A stretch of 64,000 nt of DNA from Guillardia theta CCMP2712. Its lineage: Eukaryota > Protista > Cryptophyta. Shown here one piece after another: positions 24,151-35,700 of the stretch; position 1 is the stretch's first letter, and each line of letters starts with the position of its first letter. The translations under genes and the position numbers were made by a program. The notes below the pieces were generated by a model. The model saw only the letters and a list, made by a program, of their open reading frames with translations, ran no database searches and was not told where the DNA came from. The DNA lies in NCBI RefSeq assembly GCF_000315625.1, contig NW_005434671.1, positions 348,590 through 412,589 on the forward strand, given 5' to 3'.

Positions 24151-24477
24151 GTAAGCATCTCTCCTAAGCATCTCTCCTCTCCTCTCCTCTCCTCTCCTCT
24201 CCTCTCCTCTCCNNNNNNNNNNNNNNNNNNNNNNNNNNNNNNNNNNNNNNNNNNNNNNNNNNNNNNNNNNNNNNNNNNNNNNNNNNNNNNNNNNNNNNNN
24301 NNNNNNNNNNNNGCCCCTCCCTACTCCTCCCCCGGCCCCTTGCCCCCAGCCCCTTGCCTCTCCCCCCCCCTTCCGGCCCCACTTTCTCCATATCCCATCG
24401 TCCCTCCTTCCCTTCCTTCCTCCCTCGCTCCCTTCCTCCTTGAGTACTGAGCAGCAATGGATGTAGATTATATACAT

Positions 24478-27460
24478 TCACGAAACGTCATCGAATGCCA
24501 GGAGGGCGAAGCTATGGAGCCAGTGTGACCTGCCAAGCTCGCCAGTCAACACAAGTAGGAGAGCAAGTGCTACTGTCTGCTTTCCTCCCATCCCTCCCCT
24601 CCCCCTCCTCCTCCCCATCCTTCCCTCCATTTCGTCCAACCCGCCTGCTCTGTCCTCACCCCACGTAGCTCGGCGACAACCACTCCGCCAGCTGCACGTG
24701 CTCATCTGCTGACTCGCGCATCCGCGCGATGACTGGAGGAGCATATCAGATCTCCGAGTCAAGACGTCAAGCTCGACCTTGCGCCTCCACCGTCTTTGCT
24801 CCCTCGCACGACTTGGCGATGCCTCGAAGGTTCCAGGCCTGCCATGCTCGGGTTTCAGACGGTAGGAGAAGCTTCGTCTCGATTGCCTTGCTCAGCAACA
24901 GGCCGTCGAGGTGGCACAATCTTGCATCCTCTCTGTGATTCGCGTTAGAGGCGAATGGAAGGGAAGTGGAAGAAGAGGGAGATAGCGAGGCAGGGGCGGG
25001 AGGTCAGAAAAATTCAAGACGGAGGAGCAGAGGAGCGATGAAGAATAAGAGGTTCGAGGCTGATGAGCCAGAGGGAGGTGAAGGAGGGGGAAACGATCGC
25101 GAGTGCAGATGGAAGGAGAACCAGGGAGCTCAGAGGGAGAGGTCAAAGGGTGAGTCCAGAGTGGGTGAAGCTTTTCAGAAGCGTCGCACCGATCAGCAAC
25201 AACTGGGGGTCGAAGGATGCTGCAATCGCTGCTCGAGTCCATGAGAGAAGGGAGAAATTTTCTGCATGGGCCTTTGAGATCATGTTTTCAATGCACACGA
25301 TCTCCATCACCAAATTGGTTATCGTAATCATCAGCATATTTGACATCATCATCATCATCATCATCACCACCACCACCTCCTCCTCCTCCTCCTCCAATAT
25401 ATACACCATCTTCATCATGATCATCATAACACGGCACTTCCAACAACTAATCAATTACCAACATATTTCCAGAAACCACTCACAGTCACCTCGCCCATTC
25501 GACAAACTCCTCGTTGGGGAGGAGGCGCCTCATCATGTCCATCTCGCACAGCCCAGGGGAACTGAACAATATCGACATGCCGACATCAGGGTCAAGTCGA
25601 CTGATTGCAAAGGCGATACAGGAAGTCTTCGGCTGACGGCTCGAAATTGGGGTTGTAGTCCTCGTCGGCTGAGAAGATCCTCATGCAGGCTGCCAGGAGA
25701 AGATAGTGTCAGAGTTGCAGAGCTTTTAGAAGTTTAAGGAATCTTCTCTACAGCAAACAAGGCAGAGGCGTTTTACTTGTTCTGATTGCTTCCTCGAACA
25801 AATCGTCTCCAACAGCCCTTGCCTGCAAACCGCCATAAGCAATCTTTGAAACTTATCAAAGAACGGACTACGTAGTCAAGGCAGAGAATCAGGGAGAAGG
25901 CCGTTTGTGAGTGAACTCCGCTGCCTGCATAGTTTGGTCAGCACGCCAGGCATGAAGTGCTTGTCACGGTGCGGAGCGTAGGAGGAGGAAGAAGGGGGGC
26001 GGGAGGGGAAGGCAGAACGTTTGAACAGAATACTCACGGACTGGGTGCTTCAACTTTGGGAGATAGTCGAGCAGGAGCGATCTGATCTTCTCGGTCAATG
26101 GCTTCAACGCCTGCAGCGATGGAGTTTCAGCGCAGACGTGTGGGAGAAGGATAAAGGCAGGAGGAGCAAGTGAGTCGTGTGAAAGAGCATGTCTCTGATC
26201 GCTGCGGAGACAGACAAGAGGAGGTAACATGAAAGAGACTTCTGCACAAGGAGCACACGCAAGAGTCTTTCACATGCTCTACAGCCTTGACGCCTCCAAC
26301 CTGCCCACCTCCCCTCAGATCAAACATCACCTCTGCTGTCACCTCTCCCTCACCTCCCCGTCCCTGATTGGCACCAGAGCTGATTCTCCTGCAAGATGGT
26401 TGAGCGGCGGTTCCTCAGCAGCAGTGAAAGAAACCAGCAAGTTTCAGCAGCCAGCCCCACCCATAAGGTCGTCTGCAGCTGAATAGTGAATCCAACCAAA
26501 GGTGTCGGGACCGAGGACGAGCAGGAGAAGCCGCAGGAGCGGGAAACTGAGAGGAGCAGGGGAAAGAGGAAGGCAAGCAGAGAGAGGGGGAAGAGGAAGG
26601 GGAAGCAAGAGGGGGAAGAGGAAGGGGAAGAATGAGGGTCAAGAGGAAGGGGAAGAAAGAGAGGGAAGAGGAAGGGGAAGAAAGAGGGTCAAGAGGAAGG
26701 GGAAGAATGAGGGGGAAGAGGAAGGGACTCACTCGAAGGTTGAAGAGCCCTCACGATCAAAGTATCGTGATTCCTGCTAGGCATAAGGGCCGAAGAATCC
26801 TTCTGGGTGAAACCTGTTTGCATCCTTCGACGGTGATGCTGTTTAGGAGAGTACGTGAGACCTTTCCTGCAGGGAGAACAGCAAGGTTGAGAATTCGACA
26901 ATGAGCTGCTCTGCATGCACAGCATCTCACCAACGTCCACTTCATTGCCGTGCCGTCTTAGAATCCGCAGAAGGCACCTAGAGCACTGAATCGCCATGGT
27001 TCGCTAGAGCTCCAAGAAGCCCTCTCACCAGTGGCTGTGGACTGCACTATGCCAGTCGTAGTTGCCGCAAAACACAGGATGCAGAGCTTCCGGCGACTTC
27101 AACGGCCCGTCTACCGAACAAGTCACGCTGGTGCCGAACGCAACACGCTAACCAACCAGGCTGCAGCCAGAGATGGTCTACCTGAGAAGCCATGAGCACT
27201 ACAGTATTGCTTCCTGTTCAAACACCTTATGCGGATACTGTAGCCTCAGTCCTGATAGCGCCTGCCAAGCGATAAGTCATTGAGCTGGAATTGTTTTGAT
27301 GTGTATTAACCTGCTCCGCCATGGGCTTTGCCCAGTCTGAGCTGGCCTGCATGGAAGTATGCATTCTTTTGACAATAAATGGTGGTAAAAAGCTCAAGAC
27401 TTGGCAAGGAGCAACGAGCAGGGCAATTATGGGAAAAAACGCCCTTCTGATCCTCGACAT
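24478..27460 (-). CDS. DUF2891-family protein with N-terminal signal peptide, about 12 or more exons
   Basis: Spliced motifs LHPVFCGNYDWHSAVHSHWCLLRIL, RPYGWGWLLKLA, YLPKLKHPVR, GVHSQTAFSL, EPSAEDFLSPGLCEMDMMRRLL, HLDGLLLSKA and HWLHSFALLA match the DUF2891 pattern as I recall it. Confidence 0.85.
26589..26727. repeat. Intronic ~25-bp purine-rich minisatellite (AAGAGGAAGGGGAAGAAAGAGGGTC-like, ~5.5 copies)
   Basis: Seen directly. Confidence 0.85.
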
Positions 27461-27693
27461 TCCTTCTCACCACGAACTTGTTAGCTCAGAACATACAAAG
27501 AAATAGCGCTGATCAACTAAGAGGAGCGCTACATCAACCCGAATCCTCCCCCACTCTTGTTCTTCCCTCCCACCAACCCTCTCTTCCTCTGTCTACTGCT
27601 CCCTCGCACCTCCTATGCTTCCTCCCTCGCTCACCCCCCTCTACCCCATCTTGCTTGCCCCGCTTCCCCCTAATTTTTCAGGATCCGTGAAAA

Positions 27694-28925
27694 GCAACGT
27701 TTCATATTGTTGCTCTTGCATTAAACCTTATTGGTCCAAAACCTTGATCGATCCTCAAAATTTCAGACTTTACAGTACAATTTCCTCTGTTAATTTGAAT
27801 ATAAGAGATAAGCTAGGTAAACATTTGCATGAATAGGCAAATTTGCTGGTGAAGTTGAATTTAATTCGAAATTTTTTTTTGTGTACGTCTTCGTTAGTCT
27901 CGATTTGTTGATACGGGAGGTGATACGGAGGGGCAACAATGCGAAACGTTCTGTGTTTTGGAAACTTATGCAGAAGTGAAACAATGCAACGCTTCATATT
28001 GTTGCGCTCGCAAGCGCAGAACTTTGAACGACCCGGGCATCGTCAACCTCGTCGAGAAGCACAGCGACGACGTCAAGTGATATACGGAGGGGCAACAATG
28101 CGAAACGTTCTATGTTTCAGAAGTAAAACAAAATGCAACGCTTCATATTGTTGCGCTCGCAAGCACTTCCGATTATCGTCAACCTCATTCGAGAAGCACA
28201 GCGACGACGTCAAGTGATATACGGAGGGGCAACAATGCGAAACGTTCTATGTTTCAGAAGTAAAACAAATTGCAACGCTTCATATTGTTGCGCTCGCAAG
28301 CACGCTCGCAAGCACTTGGTTCTCGTCAACCTCATCGAGAAGCACAGCGACGAACGTCAAGTTTGTTGATACGGAGGGGCAACAATGCGAAACGTTCTGT
28401 GTTCAAAATGAAGAAAAAAACACAATGCTTCACATTGTTGCGCTCGAAGGTTTGTGTTCGTGGAGAACGCCGCGCTCGTCGTTGGAGAACGCCGCTCTTG
28501 TCGTGTTCGTGGTTGATACGGAGGGGCAACAATGTGAATCGTTTTATGTCTATTAATCAAATAACCCAACGTTTCGTATTGTTGTGTTTGCAATGCACCT
28601 GGCAGGACATCGACGACGTCAAGCTGCTGCTGCTCTTGGAGACGAGCCACGTCAAAACCTCGCTGCGCTCCCGTGTGTCTCGATGATAGGGGGCAACAAT
28701 GCGAAGCGCTCTATGTTTTAAATAATAGAATATGCAACGATTCGCATTGTTGTGCATCGAATTAACGCACCTCGATAACGACCGGTCGGCGATACGGAGG
28801 GGCAACAATTCGAAGCGTTATATGTTTTTGAATCTTATTATGATAAATCGCATCCTTTCGTATTGTTGTCGACCCCGTTCCCGGCCTTTATAGTATATCG
28901 CAATGCTTGGCATTGTTGCCCCCTC
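27694..28925. repeat. Array of 7 inverted-repeat (hairpin) units plus 2 solo half-sites
   Basis: Left arms (GATACGGAGGGG)CAACAAT.. at 27934, 28093, 28230, 28380, 28527, 28694 and 28803. Inverted right arms ..ATTGTTG lie 28-41 bp later. Solo right arms at ~27698 and ~28904. Confidence 0.93.
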
Positions 28926-29431
28926 GTGCCATGCCATGCGCAACAACTGGCTACCCTACCCTAGCATTTTCCATATTCATTCTGTAGTGCATGAGGGTGG
29001 GTTATCTCGGGCTAATGTCTAGGAGTGAGGGCGATGAACAGGTTACTGTGTGAAGGGTATGAGGGGTATGAGGTAGGGGTATTGGGCTGAATGAGGGGCA
29101 CCGGAGTCGAGGATGTAAATGAAGCGAAGTTTCTTAGAATGATGACAGGACAAACAAGGACCGGGAGGCAGGAGAGGTTGAGATGGTGTGGGAGGGGAGG
29201 AGAGAGTCTGAGACGCGGGGTAGACTATCCACGAGCCAGTCCCTTCTTGATTCTGCTCCTGTGGCGTCCGCACAATGGGTGGACTGTGAGCTGTTTTTGT
29301 TGATGGGATTCGAAGAGTCGAGCAAGGCTGGGGTGTGTGTGAGAGAGGGGATGTGTGTGTGTGTAGGGGGGGGGGGGGGAGACGGAGAGAGAGAGGACGG
29401 AGGAGACGGAGAGAGAGAAAGAAAGAGACAG

Positions 29432-29435
<4 letters not shown>

Positions 29436-29508
<73 letters not shown>
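29436..29508. repeat. (AG)n microsatellite
   Basis: Seen directly. Confidence 0.95.
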
Positions 29509-29511
<3 letters not shown>

Positions 29512-30188
29512 AAATAGAAACTTCACCTTCACAAGAATGATTGAACAATTCGTACTCCAAATCAGCTGAACATTATGATACAAGAATTGGCTATGAGTGT
29601 GTTCTTTGAGGAATCATTAGCCATGTATGATTGTTGCTTAGCGACGAATGCAGCCCGATTGAAAACAACGTTACATCCATGCTCTTCTTACAATGATGCT
29701 CCTTGATCGCCTTGTTCTGATGATTGGGCGCGTTCTAGATGCTCCCCTGGGATCACACAACTTTCAAAGCAGCAGCTCTCCTCATGATCGGTATCTTCCT
29801 TCTCACGTCATTCCTGGAGGTACTCTGCTCCCCCCCCTCCCCCCCTTGTCATGCCTGATCATTCGTCACCGCAGTCTTCCCTTCCTCTCCCAGGGCGCGG
29901 GAATGCAGCAAGCAGGGCTCGTTCCGTCCGATCTCATCAGAAGGGTCTGCAGGACAGTCTCAACGCCACCCATGCAGAGGTTGGGAAGGGAGGAAACAGC
30001 ACCAGAACCACATAATTGCTCCATGTACATTTAAGCGAACAAGGGCGCAGCGAGCCAGCGGTCGGAGGGAGCGTTCGCCGGCGATGCGTGCCAACATTTT
30101 CTTTCAACGTTGGATTTTGGCGATGCAATCTTGTCTCGATCTGTACCTGTAAATTGAAATGTACATGCTCCCTCTCAATGCTCCCCCC

Positions 30189-31724
30189 TCAGCCGTTCCT
30201 GCTCGTGGTGATGCTGTTGAAGTAGCCCATCTCGTTCCTAGCGTAGATCCTCTTCAGCCGAGCCGTGTGCCCAAGGACCTGGTTTGGCTCCTCGAGGCTG
30301 GAGGGAGGGAGGATACCGTTCATCCTCAACTCCCTGGTCACGAATGAGTCTCGGAAGGACAGCCGACTCCTCTGCTTCTCGTCAGCACCATCCCATCTGT
30401 CCTCGGGGATCCGGTCGTCCGTTCCCTCCTTCCCGTTCCCCATGTGCACTTCTCCAGTCTGCCTGCCGAAGCTCGTCCATTCTCGGACTGTCGAAAAGTT
30501 GAGCAGGACGCCGTCTTGGTGGTTCGCCTCTGCCTGCTGCGCTGGCTCTGGCAGCGCAAGGTCCGGCAGCCCTGAGCCACTCACGCCGGACTCGTGCGAT
30601 TCACCTGGAGAGCCAGTGGGAGGCAGGAAGGGGTGGGGCTGACTCGGAGGCCCTACAGCACGCAGGAAAGCATGCTCATCTGCAGCGTGAAAAGTCATGA
30701 ACTCAGTAAAATTTTGCCCGTTCCGTTCTCCTCCCTGCACGTTTGGGCAGAGTCAGTGAGTGCAGGCTTCATTGCAAGAACAGAAAAGCACAGTCCTTAC
30801 CCCCAAATCATGCTGGCAAAGCTCATATTGTCCGAATCGCCCTGTCCTGTAGCAATGCTCAACAGCAGGGTTGACATCCCAGCAAACTTTGCTGATGGTC
30901 TGGGAGCAAAAAGTCAATCAAGGAGGGGACAAAGCATGAAGAAAGACTCACTCCGTTGTTCAGCACCTTCACGATTGTTCCAACGCCTCCTCCTGATATG
31001 TTGAGCAGCCTTTCATCGAAAGCTTTTGATCCTTCCGATGACAGAGTCACCCTCATCCCCTTGAACGCCTTCACTGAGATTCCAACGATCCTCTGCGCCA
31101 TCCTGTCCGTCATCGACATGGAGTCATACCATGTATCCCCCTGCTCCACCAGCTGAACCATCCATTCCGACTTGGGCCGTTGAGGAGCGTCGCCTGGCAT
31201 GGCCCCGTTCTGGGATGCCTCTTTCGCTGCTTCGCGGGGCCTCTGAGTCCCTTGCGAGTCGCTGTGGACGTCCTGCTGCAAGCCAGCGGCCGAGGCATGG
31301 GAGCTTCCACGGACCTCAGCTGGAGAAGATCTATCAGAGCCCTCGTGGTCCTCCCGTCGGGGGAAGAGAGGCTCTGTGTCAATGTGGAATGGGGTGGGGA
31401 AGGGCGTGCCGCATTGGGCGACGGAGTTGCGCTGGGGAGTGGTGCTGTCGAAGAGAGTCTCGACTGTCAGGGTGAAGGGCTTCTTCTTCCTTGCTGGCGC
31501 CGGCCTCCTCCTCGAGTTCCGCAGCCAGCTACGCAGGGAGGCGAGTAAGGAGCGGAGGGGATGTGGCATGTGACTTGGGCTTACCTGGCCAGCGGACAAC
31601 ACGAGCTCCTCCTCACAACGGATGGGGGGTCTGCTTGCTGATCTGCCTCAGTGCCCTCGGTCCTGGCTACGTCCGCATCCTGTGCTGCTGGTTGTTCAAC
31701 ATCTGGAACTACCTCTTCCGACAT
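30189..31724 (-). CDS. Hypothetical multi-exon protein with a Mib/HERC2-like SH3-fold domain
   Basis: MSEEVVPDVEQP start. GMRVTLS...GGGVGTIVKVLNNG|TISKVCWDVNPAVEHCYRTGRFGQYEL resembles the Mib_herc2 pattern G-RV...GTI...V-WD...Y--G--G-YDL. The 3' end is uncertain. Confidence 0.55.
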
Positions 31725-32830
31725 CGATGTCGATGTCCGCGCTAGGAGGTGGTGTACATTTTCCTGATGTTGCCTGTGGCAACAAACGTGAGCAGGAGTG
31801 GAAACAACAAATCTTGACAGCAGCAAGTTAATTGTACATTCAAATCCATCATGCCAAGTCAATTGTTCACTCAAAACCGTCATGTCAGTATATTGCGAGT
31901 CTTCAGTGTTCACGAGTCATGGGCTTGCAAGACATCAGACAAATCTTACTTCTTTCCCTTCATCTCGTTCCTCTCTTCTCTTGCCTTCCTCCTCCTCCCT
32001 CCTCCCTTCTCCCTCCTCCCTCCCTCCCTCTTGCCCCGTCTGCCCCCTGCCTACCCGCATGCATGTCAGCCGCGCCCATCAAGGATTTGAAAGCTGTGGG
32101 GAGTGGTGTACCCCACCTTTGATGTTCAACTTGATGATTTAAGGAGGGGTGGGGTATCGGGGTGGCGCGCGTGGCTGGCCTGATCGAATTCTGCTCTTCA
32201 ACAAGTTGACCGTTTCATGCTCCTTCCAGTCTGTCCCTCCTGCTCTTGATCCTACACTCTCGCCATGCCACAGCGAGCATTCCTCCTTGGTCAACGACGA
32301 GGCTCACCGCCAACATTGAGAGCGCTCGGGATGATCATCTGGCAGATACGTGCAAGTCTTGTTCGAGCCATGAAGTCGTGATGAGGGCTAGGATATCCTA
32401 GCAAGCAACAATGAGGGCTAGCCTGTATTTTGTTTCACTGCGGCAGGAGGAAGCAATCAGGTAGCGAGTGTACGAGAATAGATTTTTGGAGTTGATCATC
32501 CAAACAGCCAAGTGAATTTCGATCACAAACCTAGGTTTTATACTCGAATTGTTTGGCGTTACTCCCTGTGAGCAAAGACGACAAGGTGGGACAACCTTTC
32601 ATTTCAGTACCTCCCCCGATGGTGTAATTCTGTTTTGAAGATCCTTTTTCTCCTTATCTGTTTCTATGCGTAAGTGTTACACCCAAAATCAGCTTTTCTG
32701 TGATCTCCGAAGTGAAGCAGAATCCAACATTCGTCTTATGTAGTACAAAACTTGTCCCTTTATTCACAAAATACAACTGAGGAACAATGCAAAAGTTACA
32801 AGAGACAGACGAGTAGAAGCATCCATGAGT

Positions 32831-34939
32831 TTAGTCCACCTCCTCCATCTTGGATCCCTCACCGGAATCATTGGTCTCCTCAAGCTCGGGGACAGGCTCC
32901 TCCTCTTCATCCTCGTCGATGCTGAGACCAAGCTTGATCATGCGGTGGAGGCGACCAGCGAAGGTGTTGGGCTCCTCCAAGGTGAAGCCAGAGACCAAGA
33001 GAGCAGTGTCAAACAAGAGCCAGATGAGATCCTTGACGGTCTTGTCGCCGCGGTCAACATCCGACTTCTTGACGAGCTCCTTGATGATGGGGTGCTCGGG
33101 GTTGACCTCCATGGTCTTCTTGGAGGTCATGTAGGTAGACATGGAGTTGTCACGAAGAGCCTGGGCCTTCATGATGCGCTCCATGTTGGCAGACCACCCG
33201 TACTCGCCAGTCACCAAGCAGCAAGGAGCAGAGACAAGGCGGTCGGACACGACGACCTTCTCGACCTTGTCATCCAAGGTCTCCTTGATGAGCTTGCAGA
33301 GCCCCTCGGTCTTGGCCTTGAGCTCCTCTCTGGCCTTCTTCTCGTCCTCGGACTCCTCAAGCTTGAGTCCCTCCTTGGTGACGCAAACGAGCTTCTTGCC
33401 GTCATAGTCCTTCATCTGCTGAACCATGTACTCGTCGATAGGATCAGTCATGAAGAGAACCTCGAAGCCCTTCTTCTTGAGGCGCTCAAGGAAGGGAGCG
33501 TTCTCAACAGCCTTCTTGCTCTCTCCAGTGATGAAGTAGATGTTCTGCTGCTCCTCCTTCATGTTGCTGACATAGTCCTTCAGGCTGATCATCTCATCAC
33601 CAGACTTGGTGGTAGTGAAGCGAAGGAGGTCCGCAAGCTTGGCACGATTGGTGCTGTCCTCATGGATACCGAGCTTGAGATTCTTGCCAAACTGCTCGTA
33701 GAACTTCTTGTAGTCCTCAGCGTTCTCAGCAATCTCCTGAAACATCTCGATGGCCTTTTTGACGAGGTTCTTCTTGATCACCTTCAAGATCTTGTTCTGC
33801 TGGAGCATCTCACGAGAGATGTTAAGAGGGAGATCCTCGGAGTCGACGACACCCTTGACGAAGCTCAACCACTCAGGGCAAAGCTCGTCGCAGTTGTCGG
33901 AGATGAACACACGGCGAACGTACAGCTTAATGTTGTTCTGCTTCTTCTTCTTCTCGAACATGTCGAAGGGAGCACGGCGGGGAACGAAGAGGATGGACTT
34001 GAACTCAAGCTGTCCCTCAACGTTGAAGTGCTTGACTGCCAAATGATCCTCCCAATCGTTGGTGAGGGCCTTGTAAAAGGCGGCATAATCCTCCTTGGGA
34101 ATGTCCTCAGGATTGCGAGTCCAGATGGGCTTCTGCTTGTTGACAAGTTCCCATTCGTGGGAGACCTCCTTGACCTTCTTCTTCTTCTTGTCCTTCTTCT
34201 CGGCATCCTCGTCGACCTCCTCGATCTTGGGCTCGTCACCCTCGGGCTTGTCCTCCTCCTTCTTCTCCTCCTCCTCGTCGTCCTCGACCTCCTTCTCGGT
34301 GGTCTTCTCGATCCACAAGCTGATGGGATAGTTGATGAACTCGCTGTGCTTCTTCACGAGATCCTTGATGCGGCGCTCCTCGAGGAACTCGAGCTGATCC
34401 TCCTTGAGGAAGAGCTGGATCTTGGTTCCACGTCCCAGGTTCTCTCCGCTGGTGTCGGGGCGCACAGTGAAGGATCCGCCAGCAGCAGACTCCCAGATGT
34501 ACTGCTCGTCGTCATTGTTCTTGGAGGTGACAACCACCTTGTCCGCAACGAGGTAGGCAGAGTAGAAACCAACACCGAACTGTCCGATCATGCTCACATC
34601 AGCACCAGCCTGAACAGCCTCCATGAAGGCCTTGGTGCCGGACTGGGCGATGGTTCCGAGGTTGTTCACCATGTCGGCCTTGGTCATGCCGATACCAGAG
34701 TCGATGATGGTGAGGGTGTTGTTGGTCTTGTCGGGGATAAGGTGGATGTACATCTCCGGCTGGCTGTCCAAGACAGCTTTGTCGGTGAGGGACTGATATC
34801 TGATCTTGTCAAGGGCATCACTAGCGTTGGAGATGAGCTCACGAAGAAAGATCTCCTTGTTGGAGTAGAAGGTGTTGATGATAAGAGAAAGGAGCTGGTT
34901 GATTTCAGCCTGGAACGCGAATGTCTCAACGTCTGCCAT
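32831..34939 (-). CDS. HSP90: Cytosolic heat-shock protein 90, intronless
   Basis: [76 protein letters not shown]-terminal MEEVD. Confidence 0.99.
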   Translation of the reverse strand: MADVETFAFQAEINQLLSLIINTFYSNKEIFLRELISNASDALDKIRYQSLTDKAVLDSQPEMYIHLIPDKTNNTLTIIDSGIGMTKADMVNNLGTIAQSGTKAFMEAVQAGADVSMIGQFGVGFYSAYLVADKVVVTSKNNDDEQYIWESAAGGSFTVRPDTSGENLGRGTKIQLFLKEDQLEFLEERRIKDLVKKHSEFINYPISLWIEKTTEKEVEDDEEEEKKEEDKPEGDEPKIEEVDEDAEKKDKKKKKVKEVSHEWELVNKQKPIWTRNPEDIPKEDYAAFYKALTNDWEDHLAVKHFNVEGQLEFKSILFVPRRAPFDMFEKKKKQNNIKLYVRRVFISDNCDELCPEWLSFVKGVVDSEDLPLNISREMLQQNKILKVIKKNLVKKAIEMFQEIAENAEDYKKFYEQFGKNLKLGIHEDSTNRAKLADLLRFTTTKSGDEMISLKDYVSNMKEEQQNIYFITGESKKAVENAPFLERLKKKGFEVLFMTDPIDEYMVQQMKDYDGKKLVCVTKEGLKLEESEDEKKAREELKAKTEGLCKLIKETLDDKVEKVVVSDRLVSAPCCLVTGEYGWSANMERIMKAQALRDNSMSTYMTSKKTMEVNPEHPIIKELVKKSDVDRGDKTVKDLIWLLFDTALLVSGFTLEEPNTFAGRLHRMIKLGLSIDEDEEEEPVPELEETNDSGEGSKMEEVD

Positions 34940-34979
34940 GTTTCCCGCTTTGACAGTGGGTCGAGCCCCCCACAAATTT

Positions 34980-35700
34980 ATTTACCTTTCCCCTACCTCC
35001 ACCCCCCTCTTGTCTCTGACCCTACCCTATTCGATTGCCTCTTGATCAAATAGATTGAAATTTTTGAAATAACGGTTCTCAAACACATTTTATTAATTAT
35101 TTAATTTCAAATTTGCATAAGGTATATTCAATACAAACTTTGAGTACCCTACCCTTCAGACTTCATTCACTACCCCTACCACTTTTCTTACCATCCATCC
35201 ATGGAACTTCCTCACGACGACTCGAGAACTTTCTTTTGTACTTCTACAAGTTAAAAACATTTTTACTACGGTAACTGAGAACTATTACCAATGAATTCAA
35301 ACATTTAGTACTTTGATTTTATTAAAAGGTTGAAATGGTACAATTACAATATCAACCCCTAGTGTTCTATTGTAAAAACAAAATCAACATTGATAAAAAG
35401 TGCCATCAAACATGCAGGGTGGGTGTTCCTAAACTTTCCTAGGCCCGTTATGATTGGGTGGGTACAAAATGGGAAAAATACGGGTACTTGTTCTAGAGTG
35501 GGGTGGTCATCAGGTGGAGTCGCTCTGGTGGGTGAAGTTCTTCATGTGGGTGGGGTATGGTGCCGGTGGCAGTCGATTTGAGGGGTAGGGTATTTCATTA
35601 CCCCTGGTATCCATATCATTTTATGCTCACAATAAGTGGTTGGGTCATGGTTATATGTATGATCACCTTGATTGGGGGGTAGGGGGTGGACAGGCGCACC
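34980..35700. promoter_or_regulatory. Divergent HSP90 / ATP sulfurylase promoter with mirror TACCC | GGGTA polarity
   Basis: TACCC words on the left half, GGGTA/GGGTG words on the right half, AT-rich centre. Confidence 0.6.
35220..35234. promoter_or_regulatory. Candidate heat-shock element upstream of HSP90
   Basis: aCTCgaGAActTTCt fits alternating nGAAn units, about 280 bp upstream of the HSP90 ATG. Confidence 0.55.

Noticed and set aside
27694-28925. CRISPR array interpretation of the hairpin array
   Set aside because: The context is eukaryotic, no cas genes are present, the repeats are bipartite and degenerate, and the first linkers are homologous to each other rather than unique.
29091-29150. 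Centrin/calmodulin-like fragment GVEDVNEAKFLRMM
   Set aside because: It is too short, has no complete EF loop and no supporting exons. It may be chance.
32825-35053. 742-aa antisense ORF overlapping HSP90
   Set aside because: It is an expected by-product of strong codon bias in HSP genes. It mirrors the sense frame and has no independent motifs.
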